In this document: positions 52,020-64,000 of the stretch, piece after piece
How the letters are laid out: the number at the start of each line of letters is the position of its first letter
Numbering within the stretch: the stretch's first letter is position 1
Made by a program: the position numbers and the translations under genes
The notes under the pieces: generated by a model
Told to the model about the DNA's origin: nothing
What the model saw: the letters and a program-made list of their open reading frames with translations, nothing else
Databases searched by the model: none
Origin: Mobula hypostoma
Lineage: Eukaryota
Assembly: GCF_963921235.1 (NCBI RefSeq)
Contig: NC_086107.1
Span: 97,032,001 to 97,096,000, forward strand
DNA: 64,000 bases
Direction: 5' to 3'

Positions 52020-52465
52020 ATTTTTAGATTATGATGACACTCAGTCCTCATTTATTGTCATTTAGAAATGCATGCATTAAAAAATGATACAGCGTTCCTC
52101 CAGAATGATATTACAAGAAAACACAGGACAAACCAAGACTAAAACTGATGAAACCACATAATTATAACATATAGTTACAACAGTGCAAAGCAATACCATA
52201 ATTTGATAAAGAGCAGACCATGGGCACTGTAAAAAAAAGTCTCAAAGTCCCGATAGACTCATCATCTCACGCAGGCGGCAGAGGGGAGAAACTCTCCCTG
52301 CCATGAACCTCTAAGCGCTGCCAACTTGCCGATGCAGCACCATTGGAAGCACCCGACCGCAGCGGACTCTGAGTCCGTCCGAAATCTTCGAGCCTCCGAC
52401 CAGCCCCTCCGACACAGCCCCTCCGAGCATCATCCTCTGCCGAGCGCTTCGACCCCACCCCGTTT
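52020..52465 (-). mobile_element. Non-coding retroposon (family of 21930-22465)
   Basis: Reverse-complement similarity. Confidence 0.8.
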
Positions 52466-52599
52466 GGGATTGTGAGTAGGATATGAATCGAGCGCGCTGA
52501 TTTTTCCCTGATGGTGTAAAGTTTCCTGAGTACTGTTGGAGGCTGTTTTCATCCAGGTGCACAGAAAGTTTATGCTCCTGACTTTCGCTTTGTAAACAG

Positions 52600-52925
52600 G
52601 GAAATGCTTTGATGTTGTGTTGTTCACCGAGCTTGGTAATTAGCTTGCAGATGTTCCATCACCAGTCTCGGTGACATCCTCAGTGCACAGTTACTGGCGT
52701 TTCTCTCTGGAAGTGTTTGCGTTTATATAGCCCCTTGCTCACTTGTCTCAGCTGTGATTGGCTACTCCTTCAGTTGACCTTTCAATTCCATTGGATCATA
52801 TTTCTTTGGCTCTTAGGGGTTCGTAGATGGTGTCTATTTCTATTTGTTTATGGAGTTACCAGAAGAGCACCACGCTTCTAAAAATTCTCGTGCCTGCTCC
52901 GTGCTTGCCTGCGCCAGGACCTCTA
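52600..52925 (-). mobile_element. Second Penelope-like family, GIY-YIG C-terminus
   Basis: Minus strand EVLAQASTEQAREFLEAWCSSGNSINK...IDTIYEPL; hammerhead-like core at 52647-52686. Confidence 0.75.
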
Positions 52926-53212
52926 CGGTGTCCCCGTTAAAGTGATTTCCTTCTCGGTCTCCATGTACTGAAATTGGCGACAGTGGATCATGTCTCCATA
53001 CCGCCAGTTTGTGTTCCCGTCAATGAGTTGAGGGTTTGCGTCTTGTCTGTCTGGCGTAGTTCCAGTAGCAGCCTCCACAGGTGATCCTCTACACCACACT
53101 TGGGGTGTCAAGAGTTGAGCATCTAGACTCTTACCTGTTCTTGCAGCCACAGTATTTAGTGGCTTGTTCAGTTCATTGATCAAACGTGACCCCTGTGCTG
53201 CTAATAGATCAA

Positions 53213-53285
53213 GCAGGGGTTCCCAACCTGGGGTCCATGGACCCCTTGTTTAATGGTAGGGGTTCATGGCATAAAATGGTTGGGT
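53213..53285. mobile_element. hAT-type MITE fragment
   Basis: caggggttcccaacct terminus; related copy at 13705-13766 ends ggttgggaacccctg. Confidence 0.55.
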
Positions 53286-55070
53286 TAGAGGTTAGTGATG
53301 GTAATGCTGTGAACAGGGCCAATGAACTTAACCTGTTCTTTAACAGATTTGACATTTTGGCCCCTGTCCATCCCCCACATGAGTCATCTGTGGTCAGCCC
53401 CCAACCAACACATATTCCACTCTCCCCTCCTACCCCTCCTCACAGTCCCCCACCCTGCTCTCATGACCATACCCCTTCCCCACACGAAACCACCACGGTG
53501 GGCTTCACAGCTGAACAGGTGAGAAGACAGCTGAAACGTCTCAACCCAAGCACGGCTGCAGGACAGGATGGTGTCACTACCAGGGTGCTCAAAGCCTGTG
53601 CCCCTCAGTGATGTGGAGTACTTCGCCATGTCTTCAACCTGAGCCTGAGGCTCCGGAGGGTTCCTGTGCTGTGGAAGACATCCTGCCTCGTCCCTGTGCC
53701 GAAGACGCCGCGCCCCAGCGGCCTCAATGACTACAGACTGGTGGCATTGACCTCCCGCATCAGGAAGACCCTGGAGAGACTTGTTCTGGAGCTGCTCCGG
53801 CCTATGGTCAGGCCACACTTAGATCCCCTCCAGTTCGCCTACCAGCCCTGACTAGGAGTTGAGGATGCCATCATCTACCTGCTGAACCGTGTCTACGCCC
53901 ACCTGGACAAGCCAGCGAGCACTGTGAGGGTCACGTTTTTTGACTTCTCCAGTGCGTTCAACACCATCCGCCCTGCTCTGCTGGGGGAGAAGCTGACAGC
54001 GATGCAGGTGGATGCTTTCCTGGTGTCATGGATTCTTGATTACCCGACTGGCAGACCACAGTACGTGTGCTTGCAACACTGTGTGTCCGACAGAGTGATC
54101 AGCAGCACTGGGGCCCCACAGGGGACTATCTTGTCTCCCCTTCTCTTCACCATTTACACCTCGGACTTCAACTACTGCACAGAGTCTTGTCATCTTCAGA
54201 AGTTTTCTGATGACTCTGCCATAGTTGGATGCATCAGCAAGGGAGATGAGGCTGAGTACAGGGCTACGGTAGGAAACTTTGTCACATGGTGTGAGCAGAA
54301 TTATCTGCAGCTTAATGTGAAAAAGACTAAGGAGCTGGTGGTAGACCTGAGGAGAGTTAAGGTACCGGTGACCCCTGTTTCCATCCAGGGGGTCAGAGTG
54401 GACATGGTGGAGGATTACAAATACCTGGGGATACGAATTGACAATAAACTGGACTGGTCAAAGAACACTGAGGCTGTCTACAAGAAGAGTCAGAGCCGTC
54501 TCTATTTCCTGAGGAGACTGAGGTCCTTTAACATCTGCCGGACGATGCTGAGGATATTCTATGAGTCTGTGGTGGCCAGTGCGATCATGTTTGCTGTTGT
54601 GTGCTGGGGCAGCAGGCTGAGGGTAGCAGACACTAACAGAATCAACAAACTCATTCGTAAGGCCAGTGATGTTGTGGGGATGGAACTGGACTCTCTGACC
54701 GTGGTGTCTGAAAAGAGGATGCTGTCTAAGTTGCATGCCATCTTGGACAATGTCTCCCATCCACTACATAATGTACTGGTTGGGCACAGGAGTACATTCA
54801 GCCAGAGACTTATTCCACCGAGATGCAACACAGAGCATCATAGGAGGTCATTCCTGCCTGTGACCATCAAACTTTATGATTCCTCCCTTGGAGGGTCAGA
54901 CATCCTGAGCCAATAGGCTGGTCCTGGACTTATTTCATAATTTACTGGCATAATTTTCATCTTACTATTTAACTATTTATGGTTTTATTACTATTTAATT
55001 ATTTATGGTGCAACTGTAACGAAAACCATTTTCCCCTGGGATCAATAAAGTATGACTATGACTATGACTA
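53286..55070 (+). mobile_element. 5'-truncated Rex1/Babar LINE, RT region with few stops
   Basis: WKTSCLVPVPK...NDYRLVALTS, FFDFSSAFNTI, GAPQGTILSPLLF, KFSDD; (TATGAC)n tail. Confidence 0.93.
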
Positions 55071-55199
55071 ACTTTAAGGAGGTTACACTCTCTCTTGTTG
55101 AAAAGGGCAACTGTATAGGAATCTTGTGGTGTAAATGTTATTTTCTATTTATCAACCCATGTCTGAATGTTGCTAGGTCTTGCTACATGGAGGTGTATT

Positions 55200-55515
55200 T
55201 ACTTACTTACTGCCTGTTACGCCACAATGAAGGTCCTCCATCTCTGTCTGTCCTCAGTCACACACAGATGCAGAACGATTCTTCGTTGCCTTTTTCCGAA
55301 TTCTTTTTTTGACCATTCAGGGTTGTTGGCCCTGAACTGAACCCCTGAACCTGGAGGACTGGTGGACCACTCTTAGTCTGGCCTCTACCCTTTGACCTGT
55401 TTGGCATGGGTGACCCTACCAAGAGCCAAAGCACAAAGCCCTGACTCCAGGCAACGTCGTTCTCTGGGTCATGCATGCAAGCCTCCAAACCTGATGACAA
55501 GGCTGTGGTCCTTTG
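55200..55515 (-). mobile_element. RTE-derived retroposon (family of 28225-28628)
   Basis: Direct similarity; (AAGT)n tail on the minus strand. Confidence 0.65.
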
Positions 55516-55929
55516 GAGGACATGGAGGTGTGGGCTGCTTCATTTGCTGATACATAGTGAATTGAATTGATTATTCTGCCACCATTATCACAAAAGAGCA
55601 AAGAACGATTCACTGGGAACTCAACAGCTCAAGAAACATCTGTGGGATGAAAGGAATTGTCGATGTTTCTGACTGAAATGCCGCGACAGTCCTGATGCAG
55701 GGTTTTGGCCCAAAACATCAACAAATCCTTTCCTCCCACTGACTCATCTCGACCCACTGAGTTCATCCAGCAGGTTGTCCATTGCTCTAGATTCCAGTAT
55801 CTGTGCCTCTTGTGTCGCCATCAGCACAATGGACTTAGACTTTGTTTTCATTTTCATTGAGTTCTGTTCTATATTGTATAATTTATGTTTTTCTTGTGAA
55901 CATAGACAAGAAGATATAGGAGCATAAGT

Positions 55930-57410
55930 AAGACCACAAGACCAGAAGATATAGGAGCAGAAGTAGGCCATTCAGTCCATTGAGTCTGCTCCCCCATTCA
56001 ATCATGGGCTGATTCAATTCTTCCAGTCATCCCCACTCCCCTGCTTTCACCCCATACCCTTTGATGCCTTGGCTAATCAAGAACCTATCTATCTCTGCCA
56101 TAAATACACCCAATGACTTGGCCTCCACAGCTGCTCGTGGCAAAAAAATTCCACAGATTTACCACCCTCTGACTAAAGTAATTTCTCCTCATCTCAGTTC
56201 TAAAGGGACATCCTTCAATCATGAAGTCATGCCCTCTTGTCCTAGAATCCCCTACCATGGGAAATAACTTTGCCATATCTAATCTGTTCAGGCCTTTTAG
56301 CATTTGGAATGTTTCTATGAGATTTCCCCTCATTCTCCTGAACTCCAGGGAATACAGCCCAAGAGCTGCCAGACATTCCTCATACAGTAACCCTTTCATT
56401 CCTGGAATCATTCTTGTGAATCTTCTCTGAACCCTCTCCAATGTCAGTATATCCTTTCTAAAATAAGAAGCCCAAAACTGCACACAATACTCCAAATGTG
56501 GTCTCATGAGTGCCTTATAGAGCGTCAATATCACATCCCTGCTCTTATATTCTATACCTCTAGAAATGAATGCCAACTTTGCATCTGCATTCTTCACAAC
56601 CGACTCAACCTGGAGGTTAACCTTTAGGGTATCTTTCACAAGGACTCCCAAGACCCTTTGCATCTCTGAATTTTGAATTCTCTCCCCATCTAAATAATAG
56701 TTTGCCCATTTATTTCTTCCAGCAAAGTGCATGACCATACACTTTCCAACATTGTATTTCATTTGCCACTTCTTTGCCCATTCCCCTAAACTATCTAAGT
56801 CTCTCTGTTTCCTCAACACTACCCACTCCTCCACCTATCTTTGTATCATCGGCAAATTTAGCCACAAATCCATTAATACCATAGTCCGTATCATTGACAT
56901 ACATCGTAAAAAACAGCAGTCCCAAAACCGTCACCCTGTGGAACTCCACTGGTAACCAGCAGCCAGCCAGAATAGAAACTCTTTATTCCCATTCTCTGTT
57001 TTCTGCCAACCAGCCAATGCTCCACCCATGCTAGTAACTTCCCTGTAATTCCATGGGATCTTATCTTGCTAAGCAGCCTCATCAAAGGCCTTCTGAAAAT
57101 GCAAGTACACCACGTCTACTGCATCTTTTTTGTCCACCCTGCTTGTAATTTCCTCAGAGAATTGCAGTAGGTTTGTCAGGCAGGATTTTCCTTTCAGAAA
57201 ACCATGCTGGCTTTGGTCTATCTTGTCATGTGCCTCCAGGTACTCCGTAATCTCATCCCTAAAAATCGATTCCAACAACTTCCCAACCTCTGACGTCAGG
57301 TTAACAGGTCTATAGTTTCCTTTCTGCTGCCTCCCACCCTTCTAAAATGCCTCCACAATCTCTCCAGCTACTTCCTTCAGAACCTGAGGGTGCATTCCAT
57401 CAGGTCCAGC
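55930..57410 (-). mobile_element. CR1 LINE RT and 3' end with frameshifts
   Basis: ORFs 57069-57278, 56891-57085 and 56085-56834 carry CR1 RT motifs. Confidence 0.92.
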
Positions 57411-58409
57411 ACAGTACAGGTCCTTCAGCCCACAATGTTGTGCCAACCCTTTAAACTACTGTATGGTCAATCAAGTCCTTCGGTCCTACATAGCTGTCCA
57501 TTTTACTTTCATCCACGTGCCTATCTAAGCATGTCTTAAATGTCCCTAATGCATCTGACTCCACCATTACCCCGGCAGTGCATTCCACACACCCACCAAT
57601 CTCTATGTAAAAAGCTTACCTCTGATACCCCGCCCCCCCCCGCCCATACTAGCCTCCAAAACAATGCTCCCTCGTATTAGCCATCTCTGACCTGGGAAGA
57701 AGTTTCTGGCCATCCACTCAGTCTATGCATTTTGTCATCTTGTACAGCTCTATCAAATCGCCTCTTCTCCTCCAAGGAGAAATGCCCTAGAGTGTTGTGT
57801 CTCTAATGCTTTGTGCTTGTGATGCTCCTACACGTAAATTTTACGTTGCACCTGTGCATATGACAATAAACTTGACTTTGATATGTGATGGGGCGGGGGA
57901 ATGTGAAGCAATGAAAATAGTTACACCTGGACACTGGCAAATGGAAAGTGGAATACGTGACAGGGAAAGGTTCGACCTGAGAGTGCCTGCACTAACATCC
58001 CGGGGCTGGGAGAATTGACCTCTAACAACTACAAACATCTTCCTTTATATCTCCAACCATTTTGGTATTTTTGCCCTTCATGTCCACAGACTTCAGTTTT
58101 ACCAGGATATACTTGTTCAAGATACCATCCTGATGTCATGCTTCACCTTGCTGGTTATCATGGCTTAGTGTTCTCCCATCTCTTGACAATGGAAATTTTC
58201 ACCAAAGCCTCTAATAAATCTCACCTTAACCTTTCCAGCTGCAAACAAATTCTCTTGCCTCTCTACGTGATCAAACTTTCTGAGAAACTGAAATGAAACA
58301 CACTGCGAAGGCTCTTTAAGGGACGCCTGCCCTGAAGAAGTTTAAATTGTCTCTTTGACAGGAGTTCCGTGAAATCCTATCCCACTGCTCCCCCACTGTG
58401 ATCTCTGCA

Positions 58410-58685
58410 GCCGTCTGACTCTTTGACCACATCCTTCTCCTCCAGCCCTTTACCTTTCCCACTCTCTTGGCTTTACCTATCACCATCTAGCTAGCCCCCT
58501 TCCCCCCACTCCACCTTTTTATTCTGGCAACTTCCCCCTACCATTTCAGTCGTGAAGAAGGGTCTCGGCCCTAAATGTCAACAGCTAATTCATTCCCAGA
58601 GATGCAGCCCGACCTGCTGAGTTCCTCCAGCATTTTGTGTGGGTTGCTTTGGATCCCCAGCATCTGCAGACTTTCTTGTGTTTAT
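58410..58685 (+). mobile_element. Penelope-derived 3' UTR/terminal repeat
   Basis: Homolog of 16280-16505. Confidence 0.75.
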
Positions 58686-60189
58686 GAAACATATGATGAA
58701 GCCTTTGGACTTTGCGAATGTCAGTCAGGCCTCTGATAGCCTGTCCAGCTGGGTACTTGCTGCTGGATCGCAGCTAAAGTGAGATTATTATCTTTTCAAA
58801 GCACCAGTGGGCATGGATTTTGAACAATGAATAGAACTTCACCAGAAGTCCAGTTTATGGCATGATTTGCAAAATGACAGTGGCTAGAAAGACAACAAGT
58901 TGTTATTCAAGTTTTAATCCTTCCCATGCTCCATGTTAATAGATGATGGGGAGTTGAGATCCTCAGGCTGGTCCATTGAGAATAGACTCAATGTCTTGGT
59001 CTTCTCCTTTCACTGCATTGTAATGAAGCCTATTCTTTTTGAGACTGGGGATACTAATACATCTTGCAAAACCCCATCCATCATTCATCACCCTACCCCA
59101 AGCTAAGATTTAGCAATCCAGTAAGCTATTAGTCTTAGACTGTGAAATGACAGTGAGGTTCAGGAGGGCTAGAATATTGCGGAGACTTTCTGGAAATTCA
59201 TAGGAATAAAGTGGGGACTCTCTGGGAATTCAGCCACACATCTGGGGAACAGTTTGAGAATGAATGCCTTGGTTGATTTATGGATTAGTCCTCAAGTGAC
59301 TGGAATTCTGAAACATTTAATGTTGTCGTAATCATATGATTAATCAAATTATGGAAAATTAAGTTATTTAACATTTCTTTAAGAAGTTTCAATTTCAGTC
59401 TGTAGTTAACTCTTTGGTCGTTAGCACAGTCCAATCACAAAATGCCTCTCCAACAGTTGCTATGGAGATGGCAATACATCCTTTAATCTTTTTTGGATTT
59501 GGAGTTTTTTTTTATTGCAGTCTATTATGAGATCAAAGAATGGTGTCAGCTTCCTGATGGCTTTTCTAATCCCATATACTAAGTACCTCAGGGTACTGAG
59601 TCTGTAGCAAAAATAGTTGTTCTTAATTACAGATGCTTGGTCTTAATTCTCCGGAGCAGTTACCTGTTATTGTATAGAGAGTGATGGCAGAAAACAAGGT
59701 CATTTAGACCATCACATTAATGCCAACTCTTTGATAATTCTCTCCAATTAGCCCTATTTCTTGTGGCATTAATGCCCTCCATGAGGCGGAGATGTGAGCA
59801 AAAAATCAATTTATCCCTTTGGCTTGAAGATAAATTTGAAGGTAAAATCTTTGAAAATAAATCACAACTATTATGGATGGCAACTTGCCTTTGTTGCAGG
59901 GTGGTTGACAGTGTCAGAATAAGAAAGAATGACTGCATCCATATACACCTTCATAGGAACCACTGCTGGATTCCTGTCTTCATTTGTTCTCCTTCCTGAA
60001 CAAGGAATTTAATTGCTCTGGAGAATTATTTTATCTCACTGTCTCTGGATATTCAATTATCGAGTTTATTCAAAGATGAGATTAGTGAGATTTTTGGATG
60101 CCAATGCAGTCAAGCAATATAGGGATCAAGCAGGAAGTTTGTCTTGAGGCAAACGATCAGTGACAGGATTAAGAAAGTGATAAGATTTG

Positions 60190-60615
60190 CAGAATCAGAA
60201 TCAGGTTTAATATCACTGGCATATGTCGTGAAATTTGTTGCTATGGGGCAGCAGTACATTGCAATACATGATATTAGAACTGTGAATTACAGTAAGCATA
60301 TATATTTAAAAAATTAAATAAGTAATGCAAGAACACAAGTAGTGAGGTAGTGTTCCTGAGTTCATTGTCTATTCGGAAATCTGATGGCGGAGGGGACGAA
60401 GCTGTTCCTGAAACATTGAGAGTGCATCTCCAGGCTCCCGTACTTACCCCCTAATGGTAGCAATGTGAAGAGCACAGGTCTTGGGTGATGAGGATCCTTA
60501 ATGATGGAGGCTGCCTTCTTGAGTCACCGCTCCTTGAAGATGTCCCAGATGCTGGGGAGGATAGTGCCCCTTGATGGGGCCGACTGAGTTTACAACTTTC
60601 TGCAGCTTATTTTGC
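60190..60615 (-). mobile_element. Rex1/Babar 3' remnant
   Basis: Homolog of 12945-13370 and 3765-4135; (GATTCT)n tail. Confidence 0.75.
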
Positions 60616-60635
60616 AAGTTTATAGCAAGGAAAAA

Positions 60636-61261
60636 CACTCAGTGGCCGCTTTGTTAGGTACCTCCTGTCCCTAATAAAGTGTCCACTGAGAGTATGTTCG
60701 TGATCTTCTGCTGTGTAGACAATCTGCTTCAAGGATCGGTGTGTTGTGCATCCTGAGATACTCATCTGCAAACCACTGCCGTAACATGTGGTTATTTGAG
60801 TTACTGTCGCCTTCCGTCAGCTGGAACCAGTCTGGCCATTTTCCTCCGACAGTTACCAGGTGTTTTCCCCATAGAACTGCCACTTGCTGGATGTTTTTTT
60901 GTTTAATGCACACTCTCAGTAAACATTACACTCTGTAGTATGTGAAAATCCCAGGCGATCAGCAGTTTCTGAGATACTCAAACCACCCTGTCTGGCGCCA
61001 ACGATCATTCCATGGTCAAAGTCACTCAGATCACATTTTTCCCCCATTCAGTCTGAACAACAATTGAACTTCTTGACCATGCCTGAAAGCTTTAATATAT
61101 TGAGTTTCTGCCACATGATTGGCTGATTAGAGTTTCTCCAGCATTATGTGCCTGTTGCTCTGGAATTCCAGCATCTGCAGAATCTCCTGTGTTTATGGAT
61201 TATATAACTGCATTAACAAGCAGGCACACATTACCTAATAATGTAATGTGGCCACTGAGTG
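60636..61261 (-). mobile_element. Non-autonomous Tc1 element with a small Penelope-repeat insert
   Basis: TIRs cactcagtggcc / ggccactgagtg followed by TA; homolog of 7055-7608. Confidence 0.85.
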
Positions 61262-61337
61262 TAGAACCAAGGCATTGGAAGAGGTGAATATGTCACTGAG
61301 AATTAAAACTACAAAATGCAGTAATAAAGTATTTACA

Positions 61338-62322
61338 TCGGCTATGATTTATAATATTATTATGAAACTTAGGAAAGCTCCATTTGATAAGATTAGGGTA
61401 AATTGGGAACAGGAATTGGGGCTTACCATTTCTGTGGATGATTGGGGGCAGATTTTACAATTAGTTAATACTTCCTCTATTTGTGCTAAACATTCCCTAA
61501 TTCAATTTAAAGTTGTTCATAGAGCACATATGTCCAAAGATAAGTTAGCGCGTCTTTACTTGCATATTAATCCTTTTTGTGATAGATGTTCGGGGCAGAT
61601 AGCCTCTTTAACTCATATGTTTTGGTCTTGCCCTACTTTGGAAACTTTTTGGAAAGACATTTTTAATATTATTTCTAAGGTATTAAATATAGATATCTCT
61701 CCTCACCCTATTACTGCTATCTTTGGACTACCTAAAATTTCTAGTAATCTTTCCCCTTCAGCCCGTAGAGTGATTGCATTTCTTACTTTAATGGCGAAAA
61801 GATGTATTTTACAACATTGGAAAGGGCTTAATGCTCCAACTACCTTTTTTTGGTTCTCTCAGACGATATTATGTTTGAATCTGGAGAAAATTAGAAGTAA
61901 CCTTTATGATTCTTCATTTAAATTTGAACAGACTTGGGGATCTTTTATTCGATATTTTCATTTAATGTAATATATACCCTTCTTGTTTTTTTTCACTGTT
62001 TTTAATGGAGGTCGGGATTGAGGACGTGATTTTAAGTTTAACTCTGTTTGGTTTCAAGTTAGCCCATTGCTTTGCTCTGCTTTTAGTTAGTTGCACGGTG
62101 GGTTTTTTTTTTGGGTTTTTTTTTCTTTTTTTCTATTGATATATATATAAAATTTAGTATACTATTATGTTATCTTGGTTTCTTATGTTTAAATTACATT
62201 GTTTGTAGTATTTTTTTTGGTATTGATACCTTCTGTAATTTTATTATATTTTAACATTGTATTAATGTTTATATGGCTTACCTTTTTGTATACTTATTCA
62301 ATAAAAAGATTTAAAAAGAAAG
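61338..62322 (+). mobile_element. L1-clade LINE 3' fragment with a 15-bp TSD
   Basis: Open ORF2 C-terminus with CDRC...HMFWSC zinc motif; AATAAA and A-rich tail; TSD aataaagtatttaca at 61323-61337 and 62323-62337. Confidence 0.93.
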
Positions 62323-62419
62323 AATAAAGTATTTACAAAAGGCTAAAAGTTTGCAACATTCATGTTTCTAATTTCATTGTCACATTCCGGTGGTGATCAG
62401 TGGAAAACTGGTGATATTA

Positions 62420-63062
62420 GACCATAAGACAAAGTAACAGAAGTCGGCCATTCGGCCCATCGAGTCTGCTCCGCCATTTTATCATGAGCTGATCCATTCT
62501 CCCATTTAGTCCCACTCCCCTGCCTTCTCACCATAATCTTTGATGCCCTGGCTGCTCAGATACCTATCAGTCTCTGCCTTAAATACACCCAATGACTTGG
62601 CCTCCACTGCCGCCCATGGCAACAAATTCCATAGACTCACCACCCTCTGGCTAAAAAAATTTCTTCGCATTTCTGTTCTGAATGGGTGCCCTTCAATCCT
62701 TAAGTCATGCCCTCTCATACTAGACTCCCCCATCATGGGAAACAACTTTGCCACATCCACTCTGTCCATGCCTTTCAACATTCAAAATGTTTCTATGACG
62801 TCTCCCCTCATTCTTCTAAACTCCAAGGAATACAGTCCAAGAGCGGACAAACGTTCCTCATATGTTAACCCTCTCATTCCTGGAATCATTCTAGTGACTC
62901 TTCTCTGAACCCGCTCCAACGTCAGCACATCCTTTCTTAAATAAGGAGACCAAAACTGCCCACAGTACTCCGTGAGGTCTCACCAGCACCTTATAGAGCC
63001 TCAACATCACATCCCTGTTCCTATACTCTATTCCTCTAGAAATGAATGCCAACATTGCATTC
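62420..63062 (-). mobile_element. CR1 3' end (same subfamily as 2061-2585)
   Basis: ORF 62506-62781 is nearly identical to 2265-2540. Confidence 0.92.
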
Positions 63063-63409
63063 TGTATAGTAACATCGGTTGCCCAGGGAGGGGTGGCACC
63101 GCTGGTGTAGGGGCTTGTCGAGTCTATTCCGGGGCTGCTCACTCACCTTTGATCCCCACCCGACGCGGTTCCCACCTGTGGGTCCAGGTAGCATGCTACA
63201 GCGGCCACACCCTGGTCTATCACTTCAACAGGTGGGTTGACCCAGGTGACGGCGGCCAGTGGCATCAAACTCCAGTGAGATAGAGACATGCCTGTCCTAG
63301 CATGCAAAGTCAGATGGGGCAGATTGGACTGATGAGATCTACAATGAGATGCAACGACTAGGATGGTGGTAATTCAACGTTCCGTGGAGAGTGAAGGGCG
63401 TGACAAGGT

Positions 63410-63960
63410 ATTAGATTAGATTAGATTATGAGGACACTCAGTCCTCGTTTCTGGTCATTTAGAAATGCATGCATTAAAAAATGATACAATGCTCCTCCAG
63501 AATGATATCACAGAAACACAGGACAAACCAAGACTAAAACTGACAAAACCATATAATTATAACATATAGTTACAACAGTGCAAAGCAATATCGTAATTTG
63601 ATAAGAGGCATGGCAAAAAAAAGTCTCAAAGTCCCGATAGCCCCAACTTCTCACACAGATGGTAGAAGGGAGAAACTCTCCCTGTCATGAGCTGCCAGCG
63701 CCGCAAACTTGCCGATGCAGCATCCTGGAGGCACCCGACCACAGTCCAACTCTGAGTCCATCCGAAAACTTCGAGCCTCCGACCAGCCCTCCGACACTGA
63801 GCACCGAGCACCGAGCACCGAGCCCTATCTCTGCCGAGCACTTCGACTCTGCCCCGGCCCCAGCTGCCGAGCAACAAGCAAAACCGAGGATTCGGGGCCT
63901 TCCCCTCTGGAGATTTCCGATCACACAGTAGCGGCGGCAGCGAAACAGGCAGTTCAGAAG
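63410..63960 (-). mobile_element. Non-coding retroposon (family of 21930-22465)
   Basis: (TTAGA)n tail on the plus strand; direct similarity. Confidence 0.8.
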
Positions 63961-64000
63961 TTATAGAAGATGTCGTGATCATCCACTGCAACCACAGAAG

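Noticed and set aside
5127..58401. CACAGTG/CACTGTG heptamers as possible V(D)J recombination signals
   Set aside because: The instances I examined have no nonamer at 12 or 23 bp spacing and no adjacent V/J coding segment
59752..59999. Possible exons on either strand near 59.8-60.0 kb, also near 6.4 kb and 37.0 kb
   Set aside because: Weak splice signals, conflicting strands and no recognisable homology
61248..61337. N-terminus of the 240-aa L1 ORF
   Set aside because: Lies outside the TSD, in Tc1 TIR and flanking DNA

Overview
Repeat-dense eukaryotic (vertebrate) genomic DNA. The repeat families resemble those I associate with cartilaginous fish (rays/sharks), but that assignment is an inference. 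Most of the window is a nested mosaic of CR1 LINEs, Rex1/Babar LINEs, an L1-clade 3' fragment with a 15-bp TSD, several Ty3/Gypsy LTR elements (one with a chromodomain), Penelope-like elements with hammerhead-ribozyme-like cores, RTE-derived bipartite retroposons, tRNA-SINEs, Tc1-derived MITEs and GA/CA microsatellites. No intact host gene can be named. The most striking feature is a Gypsy element (about 41987-44889) whose RT/RNaseH/integrase region is replaced by an intronless fragment of the host splicing-factor gene RBM25, i.e. host mRNA captured between two LTRs. Also noted: a diverged empty-site paralog of that insertion, a double octamer followed by a leader-like ORF, and a speculative chain of minus-strand exon candidates. 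Element boundaries are approximate unless a TSD or terminal motif is cited.
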